Shown piece after piece: positions 28,418-39,688 of a stretch of DNA of 64,000 nt. Source of the DNA: Octopus bimaculoides (taxonomy: Eukaryota); NCBI RefSeq assembly GCF_001194135.2, contig NC_068984.1, positions 60,949,859 to 61,013,858 on the forward strand, in the 5' to 3' direction. The notes beneath the pieces are model-generated. The model saw only the letters and a list, made by a program, of their open reading frames with translations, searched no databases and had not been told where the DNA came from. The position numbers were made by a program, and so were the translations under genes. Position 1 is the stretch's first letter; every line of letters begins with the position of its first letter.

Positions 28418-28662
28418 TAATAATAACATCGAAAAATACCTTAGGAATGAGAACCAAGGTTCGAAATTTCCCCAAGTCACCTGATGAAGGCTGGNNNNNN
28501 NNNNTTCGAAATTTCCCCAAGTCACCTGATGAAGGCTGGAGGGTATATCAGCCGAAATGTTGTGTTAACAACAAAGAAGATGAGGACAAATATCTGTCAA
28601 ATGTAAATAACGGAAATAATGTAAATAATGTACATAATTCTTCATCTCTTAAATATAGAACT
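28104..28662 (+). mobile_element. Penelope-like terminal repeat, copy A: inverted head fragment + tRNA-like head + (AAT)n + hammerhead motif
   Basis: The head at 28305-28379 has an A-box TGGTGTAGTGG and a B-box GAGTTCGATTCC. The inverted arm lies at 28256-28302. CTGATGA-A-GGCTG-loop-CAGCC-GAAA lies at 28526-28557. Confidence 0.8.
28521..28566 (+). ncRNA. Minimal type I hammerhead ribozyme motif (copy A; stem III C>T variant)
   Basis: gtcac-CTGATGA-a-GGCTG-gagggtatat-CAGCC-GAAA-tgtt-gtgtt. Confidence 0.55.
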
Positions 28663-28764
28663 ATGGATGGATGTGTTATGCATGTTGATTTTGTTTGCAT
28701 TTGGACCTATGGCAGAATTTAAAGGTGTGATAGAACCGATGACATATACAAAAAGCAACAAGTC

Positions 28765-30160
28765 GGGTGAATTATGAAGCAGATAGAAGAGACGGGCTAT
28801 AAATAAATACTTGGGGATTTTGGAAATGGATAAATTGATAGAGAAAGTAAAGACAAACAAATTTAAAGTTGAGTACTTGCGCAGACAGAGACTGATCCTT
28901 AAGTCGAAATTAAATGGAAGGAGTAAGATCGAAGCTATCAATACCTGGGCGGTTTCACTCCTTAGATATGGAGCAGGGGTAATCGCATGGACAGTAGACG
29001 AACTAAACAGCTTAGACAGAAAGACAAGGAAGTTGATGACTAGATATGGGTCACTCCACCCCAAAAGTGACACAGACAGACTGTATGTACTAAGAAAAAG
29101 AGGGGGAAGAGGACTTATTGGATGCGAACACAGCATTAGAGCAGAAGAAAACAACATAGCATGGTATGTAAAAAATTCCACAGAACCGCTGTTATTAGAA
29201 GTAGAAAGGTCAGGCTTGTGTAGGATGAAAGATTGCAAAGATAAGGCACTATACAAGAAATTGAAAACGAATGAAACTGAAAATAGGTGGGTAAAGAAAA
29301 GAATGCATGGTCAATTTCATAGATATGTTGAAGATAAGACAGACAGAGAAAAAAGATGACTGTGGATGACTAAAAGTGATTTAAAACCGGAAACGAAGGC
29401 TCTAGTCTGTGCTGCCCAAGAGCAAACACTAAGAACAACCTACATGAAATACAGAGTAGAAAACACAGCAGAAAGTGCTGAATCTGTAGACAAAATAGTG
29501 AAACCGTATGGCATATTACCAGCCAATGTACGCCACTAGCCCAGAAGGAATATAAGAGACACCACGACAATATAGTCAGGCTTGTCCATTGGACACTTTG
29601 CAGCAAGTATGGAATTGGCAGAGCACAAAATTGGTACGACCACAAACCTGAAGGCATCGTCGAAAATAGAAATGCAAAGATCCTATGTGATTTTATGATT
29701 CAGTGCGAGCATGAGATAGAGAATAGGAAGCCAGACATAGTCTTAATTGAGAAAGAAAACAAACTATGCTGGATCATAGTTATAGCATGCCCCGCTAACA
29801 TCAAGTTATGCGATAAGGAATAAAGAGAAGTTGAGATATATGACAGGTTAGCTTGGGAAGTTAAGCAGTTGTAGTCGATGAAAAAGGTAGCAGTAGTACC
29901 AATAATTGTCGGAGCCCTGGGAACAATTAGCAAAAAAAAAGTATGCGGAACAAATAGAGGCTGCAATAAGAGTGGAGAACTTGCAGAAAACAGAACTGTT
30001 TGGAACCGCTCGAATACTCCGGAAGGTGCTTGAAAAATTAGAGGTGTTACCTTAGTTTACTGGTAGTGAACAGCTGACACTGTAGTACATCTCAAGCTTT
30101 AGAAGCTGTGCAAAGACAACAACAACAACAACAACAACAATAATAATAATAATAATAATA
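28765..30160 (+). mobile_element. 5'-truncated, decayed R4/Dong-like LINE (RT thumb, CCHC knuckle, PD-(D/E)xK endonuclease, 3' UTR, (AAC/AAT)n tail)
   Basis: ORF 28811-29359 reads GILEMDK...KIEAINTWAVSLLRYGAG...DRKTRKLM...RGGRGL. Downstream frames give HITSQCTPLAQKEYKRHHDNIVRLVHW and RKPDIVLIEKENK...VPIIVGALGTISK. Confidence 0.92.
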
Positions 30161-30373
30161 ATCCTTACTACTGGAAGCACAAGGCCTCAGATTTGAGAGA
30201 GAGAACTAGTCAATCACATCGACCCCAGTACTCCACTGGTACTTAAATTATCGACGCCGAAAGAATGAAAGGCTAAGTCAACCAAAGTGGAATTTGACAC
30301 AGAACGTTGCGGCAGACGAAATACCGCTAAGCATTTCGTCCGGTATACTAACGATTCTGTCAGCTCGCCGCCT
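30160..30373 (-). mobile_element. tRNA-derived SINE inserted in the LINE's (AAT)n tail
   Basis: gcacaaggcctcag...catcgaccccagtactccactggtac...acgattctgtcagctcgccgcctt is flanked by (AAT)n on both sides. Confidence 0.9.
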
Positions 30374-30374
30374 T

Positions 30375-30402
30375 AATAATAATAATAATAATAATAATAA
30401 TG

Positions 30403-30436
<34 letters not shown>

Positions 30437-30522
30437 TAATAATAATAATAATAATAATAATAAGAAGAAGAAGAAGAAGAAGAAGAAGAACAAGAACAAG
30501 AACAACAACAGCAGCAACAACT
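30375..30522. repeat. Compound (AAT)n(AAG)n(AAC)n microsatellite
   Basis: Direct reading. Confidence 0.95.
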
Positions 30523-30928
30523 TATAATAGTATAAAAACGAAAATAATTATGCATGTAATTTCAAATTATGTTTGAAGTAATTATATTGACAAAGTAGCT
30601 AGCTTTTATCGTTGAAAAGTGACCGTTAACATTGAAAGAGATAACGATAGAAAAGAGGGAAACGAGGGGAAAAAGATAATTTAAAGATACCAATTACGAA
30701 ATATGTTGTTCCCTCTTAACTTTATTTTGGTTTCTTTTCCTTTTGAGTTTTCGCTCTTTTTTGCCAATTTAAAAAAAAATTCCTTACTTTGCCTACCAGC
30801 GTGCTATTTTTTCCTTCCACTTTTCGTTAATTTTGTCTTTTATTGAATGTATTGAACGATATTTTTCCTGTCAGGTTTTTTTCCAGTTTCTCTTTCATAT
30901 CAATATCTATCCATCAGTCTGTATATCC

Positions 30929-30970
<42 letters not shown>

Positions 30971-31799
30971 TTATCTATCTATCTCTTTTATTTCTTTCGT
31001 TCTCTAATATATTATTGTAGTTTAATATTGCTTGTGAGTTGATTTGTCATAGTCAAACGACAGTATCGTCTACTGAAGCCACTCAACTGACTTTCAAGGT
31101 AGCCTCCACCCACAGTTATATAAGTATAAGTGCTTGCATGCGTATAGGAGATTTGTAAATGTCAGTATTAATTATCACATTTTTAATTCATAATTGATAA
31201 TAGTAATATATCCACGGGTTTGAACATTGGGAAATAGCAGCAATTTTTAATAAAATGCTCCACTCAAAGCCTTAGTAGACTGACTCATACATAAATATAT
31301 TTCTAGTTAAAAATTTGATGTTGTGAAGTAAACATTAATCTTGTTTGAATAAATGAGCCATCAACAGTTTTCCTACCTGTTTTCAAGTATATATACGTGT
31401 GTTTGTGTGTGTGTGCATGTGTGTGTGGGCGTATATATATATATATATATATATATNNNNNNNNNNNNNNNNNNNNNNNNNNNNNNNNNNNNNNNNNNNN
31501 NNNNNNNNNNNNNNNNNNNNNNNNNNNNNNNNNNNNNNNNNNNNNNNNNNNNNNNNNNNNNNNNNNNNNNNNNNNNNNNNNNNNNNNNNNNNNNNNNNNN
31601 NNNNNNNNNNNNNNNNNNNNNNNNNNNNNNNNNNNNNNNNNNNNNNNNNNNNNNNNNNNNNNNNNNNNNNNNNNNNNNNNNNNNNNNNNNNNNNNNNNNN
31701 NNNNNNNNNNNNNNNNNNNNNNNNNNNNNNNNNNNNNNNTATTAATATATAGAAAAGTCTCCTCGTAGGTGTAAATATGTAATTTTTGCTTTCAAATTT

Positions 31800-31997
31800 T
31801 GGTACAGGACCAGTTATTTCAGGGGAGGAGGTCCCGATTACATCAACTCCGGTGTTCAACTGGTACTTATTTTATCGACCCCGAAAAGATGAAATTGAAA
31901 TTGACGTCGGCAGGATTTGAAATCGGAAGGTAACATGGACAAAATGTTGCTAAGCATATTTCCCAGGGTGCTTACGATTTTGCCAGCTCGCCACCTT
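31800..31997 (-). mobile_element. tRNA-derived SINE
   Basis: ctggtacttattttatcgaccccgaaaagatgaaa...acgattttgccagctcgccacctt. Confidence 0.85.
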
Positions 31998-32014
31998 GTT
32001 TACACTTGTAATTT

Positions 32015-33429
32015 TTAATTCGGACACCAGCGCCCCCTTGCAAATGTTGTGAGCTCACAAACCGGCGGCAAATGTCCAGAGAGTGTTATCGGTGGTGAAT
32101 CTTTACTGTAATCGTAGCTTTTCTCAGAAATAAAAATATTATAACAACTAGAGTACTTATACTTCCAAAATATATATGAAAGTCCTCGTTGAGTTATCAG
32201 TGAGTTTGTTATCACGAATTTCGATGTTGCATCAAGGTCCGATATATTTTCGGTCTATGAGTCTTTGCTTTCTTTAATGATTTTCACCAAAACTTAACGC
32301 TGGAGAGGAACATAGTGGAAGCGATACTATAAGCAAATATAAATAATAAACTCCCCCACAAAATTATCTTATGCTTGATTAAAATAACGGTTTCATTTTG
32401 GAAAACAAGAAGAACGGTCTTTTATAAAATGTTGTTCTCTAGAAAGCTGTACAGAGCTACAATAGGTTGAAGATCATTACTTTAGATGGAGTTTAAAATC
32501 CTAGCTTGTTTCTAGATTTAAATTACATAAGCATTACTATTTGAATAAGAATAAATAATTTAACAACGAATTAATTTAGCTCTTAAGAAACGTTAGCAAA
32601 GAAATGTTAATTTAGTCTCAAAATGAAAATAAGTTATAACTAATTAGCTACTGTACATTTTAACCCGTGATATATTAACAATTTAAACCTGTACAAGAAT
32701 TTTACTTTGGTAAAGAATCCTGTAAATAATGACAACCCTTTTGGTAAGTATGAAAAGAGTTCTATAAGCTTTTGACATATCAGGGCACAACTTGAGCGCC
32801 TCGTCTATCTAAATCATCTTAACATGTCGGAGCATATTACACTTCAAGCGTAATCCAGCAGAGGAACTTTAATTTCGTTAACTCAAGCCACGGGAACATC
32901 ATAAATACTGCAGCTGTTTGCAATATTGCAAGCTAGCAAAGACAGGATAGTCAAGTAGTTCATATATCCGAATTTTCTTACCATAAGCGTTGTGTTTAAA
33001 TTAAATGCAGGATTTTGGTTGCCTTATTGTATGTCTTTCTTTAGTTCACTTACTTGTTGGCTGTTGGTAAAAGACCGAATGAGAGAAATTGTATGTGGTA
33101 GTATGGCTTGCTAAAATAGCTATTAAATCTCCCTGAATTAACACTCTGTTGTGAAATAAAGGAATGACGCGCCAGATAACATAGATGTGAATATTATTAA
33201 CCAAACGAGTCATCACTGATATATCTTTAATAAACAATGTGCTCGTTGACGGTTGATCAGGGCTAAAGAATAAAAAAAGCGTACCAAATGAAGGAAATCT
33301 TACTTGCAATACTATACCAGCCCTTATATTTCCCATGCATAAAAGACATACCTTTTCCAGAGCGTTTTGGGTGAAGTCACCAAAGCTTAGGAGGCTTGAT
33401 ATTTTTGTCGGATATGAACCCTGCATCAT
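32015..33429 (-). pseudogene. Possible decayed cadherin-like coding relic, including a 127-codon open frame (33046-33429)
   Basis: KATITVKIHHR*HSLDICRRFVSSQHLQGALVSE (32121-32019) resembles ATVxVxIxDxNDxxPxF...VxE. The 33046-33429 ORF is non-repetitive but has no clear motif. Confidence 0.3.
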
Positions 33430-34123
33430 TCGATCAATGATTATGTATTTGATTAGTTATGAATTCACACACACACACGCATAGGCGTAAACAATACACG
33501 CATGCATACTCGCTCGAACACACACATGTACATAAGCGTTTTGTTACGTTTTTCTATTTAAAAAAAATTCCTATTAACACATCTTTTTCCTTTTTCAGTC
33601 TCTGTGTCTATCTTTATAAATATTCAGACATTTATACATGCATAGCTTCATAATACCATTTTAAAAAGATCTTCGGTGAGAATACGTAAACGTGCTCAAT
33701 TGAAACATATGTATTACCAATGTGTAATGACTTTTATAACGATATTTGGGTAAATAGTATGACTTCCTCATACTTAAAGCTTGACAACTGCATTCAACTA
33801 TAAGTCTAAAACGATAAAATGTTCCCCAGAAAGTCGATTGCACAAAATGCTTTTTGAACGAGAAAATAACCATGTTTTCCAAGCTTGCTTTCTACGTACG
33901 TACATACATACATACATACATACATACATACGCACATATATACATACATACGTACATACATACATGCACGCATGAGCAAACACATGTTCATGCATATACG
34001 AATGCATGCATATACCGCACGAACGGGTATAACTATATCTACATACGTACGCATATATCCGTGTGCACACGAGATAATATAGCGCATGCTATACACAATC
34101 ACAAATATCGGCATATCTATATA

Positions 34124-34174
<51 letters not shown>

Positions 34175-34247
34175 TAATTCATAAATACATAAACATCATT
34201 ATATATATATCAACCGTAAACATTTCTCTCTCACACACACTCACACA

Positions 34248-34342
<95 letters not shown>

Positions 34343-35214
34343 CGCTATACACGCACACACATGTGTGTGTATGTGTGTGTGTTTGTGTTTATGCAGGCTG
34401 AGAAAAACAAATACATACTTAAAGGATACTTTGTGTTTATTATGATTTTTCTTTAATTACATTTGCTTAAAAAGCAATAAACACTATAAAAATGTACAAT
34501 ATTTAGAAAAATTCTGTTTTTTATTCATTGATTTTAATGACATAAACATGCATTTTATGTAAGAAATCATAGAAATGCATTATATTTGTGTAAGTGCACT
34601 ACTTTTTAAATGTAGTCTTGACGTTACTGCTACGGCATGCAACATTTCCTTTGAAAGGGAGAAAACATTTGTTATTACATTGAGATGGAAATTTGTCCGT
34701 TTTATTAAATTATACTCGTCTCTCGTTCTCTTCTCTCTTTGTCTAAGCAATAATCCCATCAGTTCTGCCTCTGAAGCTGCTATGTTTGCTAAAGTGGTTG
34801 TGACAGTTTGTTTGGGATGTAATTAGACTTGCGATCTTTAAGACAATACACTCAGACTCATTCACATAAAAACATCACACGTTCAAGCCAAAGCTATTTC
34901 CCCTTACTCATCAGGCTGTCAAAATCTAACACTTAAAGTGCGATCAACGCTAAAACTACTTTCGCCATCGTCACTGCTACCACCACGACCACCACCACCA
35001 TTATTTACAAAAAGTCCCCATCAATGACAAACCTATTGTTAATAGGATGAATAACTAACTGCTGACCTTCAGCATAACTAGCAAGCATGGTCATCACCAC
35101 AACTGCTAATATTTCAACATTTTAATTCATACATATACATACATACACACTCACACACATGTATACATACAAATACACATATATACTTACAAATACATAT
35201 CTACATTATTTACA

Positions 35215-35316
35215 ATTGACGGATATTTCGCCAAGCACCTGATGAAGGTGTCTTGGGTAAATTTCGAACATGGGTTCTCATTCCTAAAGGTTCTCATTCC
35301 GATGTTGTTGTTGTTG

Positions 35317-35350
<34 letters not shown>

Positions 35351-35612
35351 TCAGGTCACTGCCTGGAATCGAATTCTGAATCTTGGGTTTAGTAGCCCGT
35401 GCTATTAACCACTACGCTATATGCCCGTGGGCAATTATAGATTGAATTTTAGGGCTTATAAATCTAATATTCTCCTATCCGTCCTTAATACCGGTTCCCA
35501 TATGCTGTTCATATCTGCACTCGGTCTGCTTAGGAGATTGTTGTGTCCTAGCATATGTGCTGCTTCTTTTAGTTTTCGTATTTTCCAGTGGTCTTCTCTG
35601 TCTATTGTAAAT
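35215..35612 (-). mobile_element. Penelope-like element 3' end, copy B: GIY-YIG C-terminus followed by tRNA-like head, (TAA/CAA)n and a rearranged HHR region
   Basis: The minus ORF tail FTIDREDHWKIRKLKEAAHMLGHNNLLSRPSADMNSIWEPVLR (35612-35456) has the typical PLE endonuclease RKxKEA...W.P ending. The head at 35430-35352 is the same as in copy A. Confidence 0.85.
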
Positions 35613-35631
35613 AATAATGATAGTAGTAGTA

Positions 35632-35700
<69 letters not shown>

Positions 35701-35880
35701 CCGAAAAATACCTTAGGAATGAGAACTCAGGTTCGAACTTTCCCCAAGCCACCTGATGAAGTCTGGAGGGTATATCAGCCTAAACGTGTTAACAAGAAAG
35801 AAGATGAGGACAAATATCAGTCAATTGTAAATAATGTAAATAATGTACATAATTCCTCATCTCTTAAATATAGAACTGTA
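35613..35880 (+). mobile_element. Inverted copy C of the same PLE terminal repeat (microsatellite + inactivated HHR)
   Basis: (AAT)n-ccgaaaaataccttaggaatgagaac...cacCTGATGAagtctggagggtatatcagccTAAAcgtgtt, with GAAA mutated to TAAA. Confidence 0.85.
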
Positions 35881-36519
35881 AATACATATCTATAGATATA
35901 TGTATTTGAGAGTTCATAAAGCTGAGCACATTCACGCACACCAATACGAAAATTTTCATTTATTTCTAGGGTTGTGTGTGATTCTATTTGAAATCTCTTA
36001 CTATGCTCATGTTATAGTGGCCATTGTTCTTTTCCTTTTACTGTTCTGATTAAGCACACCTTAGATAAAAGGCAGCCCATCTGTGATCAGTTTGTCTTAA
36101 TCTGAGATCTCATATTTAGAACTGCATTATACAATGATCTTTTTACCGTTTAAGATGCAAGAGTTGGCTAATATTTCTAGCAAGATGGACTGAGGCTCTT
36201 CATTGCTTATCTCAGCTAATAGAGTATGATACTCCATTTTTGTTATCTTCCCACCCACGAAAATAGGATCAAAATTTCTTCCCGAGCTTTAAGCACTTAA
36301 GGCTAGTTTCCCGGATTCTGTGGTGCATATAGAAACCAGAATCTTATTATCATGCGTTCAACACCCTAACCATTACGCAATTCACCTGGAGGTGAATAAT
36401 TGTACTCTAGTTTTTATCGTACTATAGTGGAATTGATTTTTATATCTCTGGTTTTCATTCTATACAAGGACTCCTTTGTGACCTTGGAGATTATGGGTTT
36501 GTCAATTCTAGCAAAATAC

Positions 36520-36685
36520 TGTGGCATTATCGGGATTGTATGGTTGAAAAGCTATCTTCTTAACCATGTGGTCTTGGGTTCAGTCCCACTGAGCGGTCCC
36601 TTGAGCAAGTGTCTTTTACTATAGCTCTGGGCAACAAAACATTTTGAGTGAATTTGGTACACGGAAATTTAAAGAAGCCAGTCAT
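36520..36685 (+). mobile_element. SINE of the second family, head region
   Basis: tatggttgaaaagc...aaccatgtggtcttgggttcagtcccactg...gagcaagtgtcttttactatagc...acggaaatttaaagaagcc. Confidence 0.75.
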
Positions 36686-36719
36686 ATATATATATATATA
36701 TATATATAAACTTACTTGG

Positions 36720-36756
<37 letters not shown>

Positions 36757-37267
36757 GAAAAAATCAAACCAAGGCAGAACGAGTGTCTCAATTAGTTTAG
36801 AATTATTTAATTAGGGTAAGCTGAATATTCCAGAAACGGCTGTGAGACTTCAAGTAAACGCAATGAAAGAGATATCATAAACGGGTTTGTGACTGAGAGG
36901 AGAAAGAGAACGGAGAAAGGAGTAGAAATAAAAATCATATAGGGTAAAAGGGTAAAATAACAATAAAAATGAAATGAAATTAGATTAAAGGTAATGATAG
37001 AGATATGTGAATATTGCATCGGGGTGAGAGGTCAAACGTTAAAGTTTCAGTAAAGTTGGGTTGGAAGGCCAATCTAGGTAAGGCTGCAAAAGACAATAGT
37101 ATAGTGGTTAGTACGGTTATTTAAAATTATATTTCAAGCTTAATAGCAATTAAATTATACGGGGAAAATGATTAAGAACTAAAATTAAAATTTTAAATTA
37201 AAAAATAAAACTTAAAACGTAGAATCAAAAACTAAGAAAGAGTAGAACTAGAAATAAAAAAGTTAAT

Positions 37268-37485
37268 TATTCTGGCAGAAACGTCAGCACGCCGGGCGAA
37301 ATGCTTAGTGGTATTTCGTCTGTCTCTAGGTTCTGAGTTGAAATTCCGCCGAGGTCGACTTCGCCTTTCATCCTTTCGGGGTCGATAAATTAAGTACTAG
37401 CTGCCTACTGGGGTAGATCTAATCGACTGGTCCCCTAATGGCGATGCTCCAGCATGGCCGCAGTCAAACGACTGAAACAAATAAA
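37268..37485 (+). mobile_element. tRNA-derived SINE
   Basis: ctggcagaaacgtcagcacgccgggcgaaatgcttagtggtatttcg...gaaattccgccgaggtcgacttcgcctttcatcctttcggggtcgataaattaagtac. Confidence 0.92.
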
Positions 37486-37553
37486 TAATAGAGTAGAAGA
37501 AAAGGAAATCTAGCTAGCTTCCAAGATACTTATGTTGATAGAGAAGTAGAGAA

Positions 37554-37622
37554 GCATATGGCGTAGTGGCTAAGAGCGCGGGCTACTAACCCCAAGATTC
37601 CGATTTCGATTCCAGGCAGTGA

Positions 37623-37690
<68 letters not shown>

Positions 37691-37870
37691 TCGAAAAATA
37701 CATTACGAATTAGAACCCAGGTTCGAAATTTCCCCGAGACATCTGATGAAGGCTGGAGGGTATATCAGCCGAAACGTTGTCATAACAACAAACATGACGA
37801 GGACAAATACCCGTCAAATGTAAATAATGTAAATAATGTACATAATTCCTCATCTCTTAAATATGGAACT
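37554..37870 (+). mobile_element. Penelope-like terminal repeat, copy D (tRNA-like head + (AAT)n + HHR)
   Basis: The head lies at 37554-37626 (A-box TGGCGTAGTGG), followed by (AAT)n and CTGATGA at 37743-37749; the tail is the same as in copies A and C. Confidence 0.85.
37738..37783 (+). ncRNA. Minimal type I hammerhead ribozyme motif (copy D; core and stem II intact)
   Basis: gacat-CTGATGA-a-GGCTG-gagggtatat-CAGCC-GAAA-CGTT-gtcat, with palindromic AACGTT. Confidence 0.6.
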
Positions 37871-38783
37871 ATATATGGATGTGTTATGCGTGTTGATTTT
37901 GTTTGCATTTGGACCTATGGCAAAATTTAAAGGTGTGATAGAACCGATGACATGTACAAAAAGCTTCGTGCTGCTTATTTAGTAAGAAGGTTGCTTTCAG
38001 GCAAAGTCCACAAGTAGATCGCTGTCTTTTTATTTTCATTTTTACTATCTTATCATATTTAAATTTTCACTCATTTCTCTTTTACTCCGCTCTCTCACAC
38101 CAAAAAACCATTTATCATATATCTATCATTACACTTACTTTTATTATATTTTTATTTTTTATTCTTATTTTTACCCTTTTCTCCTGTCTTATTTTTTTCC
38201 TCCTCTCTCTCCTTTATACACCCACTCACAAAACCCATTTATGTCTATCTTACTTTCTCGCTCTATTTACACATTTACAATATGAATTCATTAATTCAAA
38301 ATACTGACAAAAAATCGCGTGAATTTACCTAGAATTGCAACTAAGGATGTATACCTTCATGGAAGTACCAACCAATATCCATATCGTCTGGGAAAAGAGT
38401 TGTGTCTTTATTCTTCTATTTTATTCCTTATGAGCTGAATTTTATTCCTTGTAAACTGTAAATTTTCCCTATATAAAATATTCATACCTTGTTTCTGATG
38501 ACGGATACTCACTTACCGCTTGGGTTATTCCATAAACGGCTGTTAGACTTCAAATTCAGCTTACTCAAGTAGAATTATCCTAAATGGCTTGAGATACTCG
38601 TTCTGCTTTGGTTTTGATTTTCCCTCTAATATAATATACCGGCTATACCGGAACCCTAATACAGATCCCTATCTACAGCTTCAGCTTGGATCTTGGAACC
38701 TAAAGGTCGACCAGCTATAGCACTTACACAACGTACCTATTCGTTTAGATCTCAAGTGAACTAAACCCTCATATTCTTGATAT

Positions 38784-38880
<97 letters not shown>

Positions 38881-38969
38881 AATATTATAATATTAGGGAA
38901 TGTCAAAACCCGAACTTGCAAGGATATTAAATTTGATAATACCAAATTGAATTATATAATGAAAGATAT

Positions 38970-39688
38970 ATTAATGATTTAGAGAAGACCCACCAAGATG
39001 CAATTCAAACAATGAAGGAGTGGTCAAGAATAAACACCATTTTGTCACGTGATACACATCGTATAAATTCTATGCTTCATGGGTAATACTATAGTCAACA
39101 AAGAATCTTCGATAAGCGATGTTGTTCGTTTTATTAATACTGTTGAACGTCCGAATTCATTTAATAGTTATTAACACTATCTTTTTATATGTTTCCCTAT
39201 TCTTAATCTACACGTATTTCTTCATTAGACGCCTTTAACTTGACAGATGATTATTATTATAAAACCTTGACATTTTATATATTGTACTAATAATTGCTTA
39301 AACGTACAGATATTTCAATTTTTTCCTATTTTATTTTATTGGATTATTAAATATTAGGATACGTTTTTTGAATTTACTAGAGCTGAAGAGTGTCCTCGTT
39401 CTGAGTGGAACTTATCTTGATCGATTTATTGTAAATTGCTCAGATTTTTTCCACTTTTATGTGGCCACGAAACGCGCGTAGTCCATTATTCACTTTCGTT
39501 TTTATAAATTTACTAAACTGAATTAAATTTTTAATCTAATATTTTATAGATTTTATGGATTATAAATTTTCTTTTGGATTTTATATTTTTTTTTAAAATT
39601 AGTATTTTGAAGAGTATGCTTTTCTTAATGGTGTCTGATCTCCTTCATTGTTTGAATTGCATCTTGGTGGTTCTTCTCTAAATTATTA

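Larger units (their letters stand above)
36753..38780. mobile_element. Second PLE-like family present as two inverted arms (~36753-37250 and ~38000-38780) around nested insertions
   Basis: 36753-36789 is the reverse complement of 38591-38627, and 36883-37012 is approximately the reverse complement of 38109-38236. An HHR relic lies at 38492-38548. Confidence 0.65.

Noticed and set aside
28460-28540. Apparent tandem duplication of the HHR 5' half on either side of a 10-N gap
   Set aside because: The 35 bp on the two sides are identical, including the private gtcac variant, which is typical of an unmerged contig overlap. Long reads are needed before calling a real tandem (dimer) HHR.
34890-34914. 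Minus-strand CTGATGA...GAAA
   Set aside because: The intervening gtaaggg cannot form stem II and there is no stem III or NUH.
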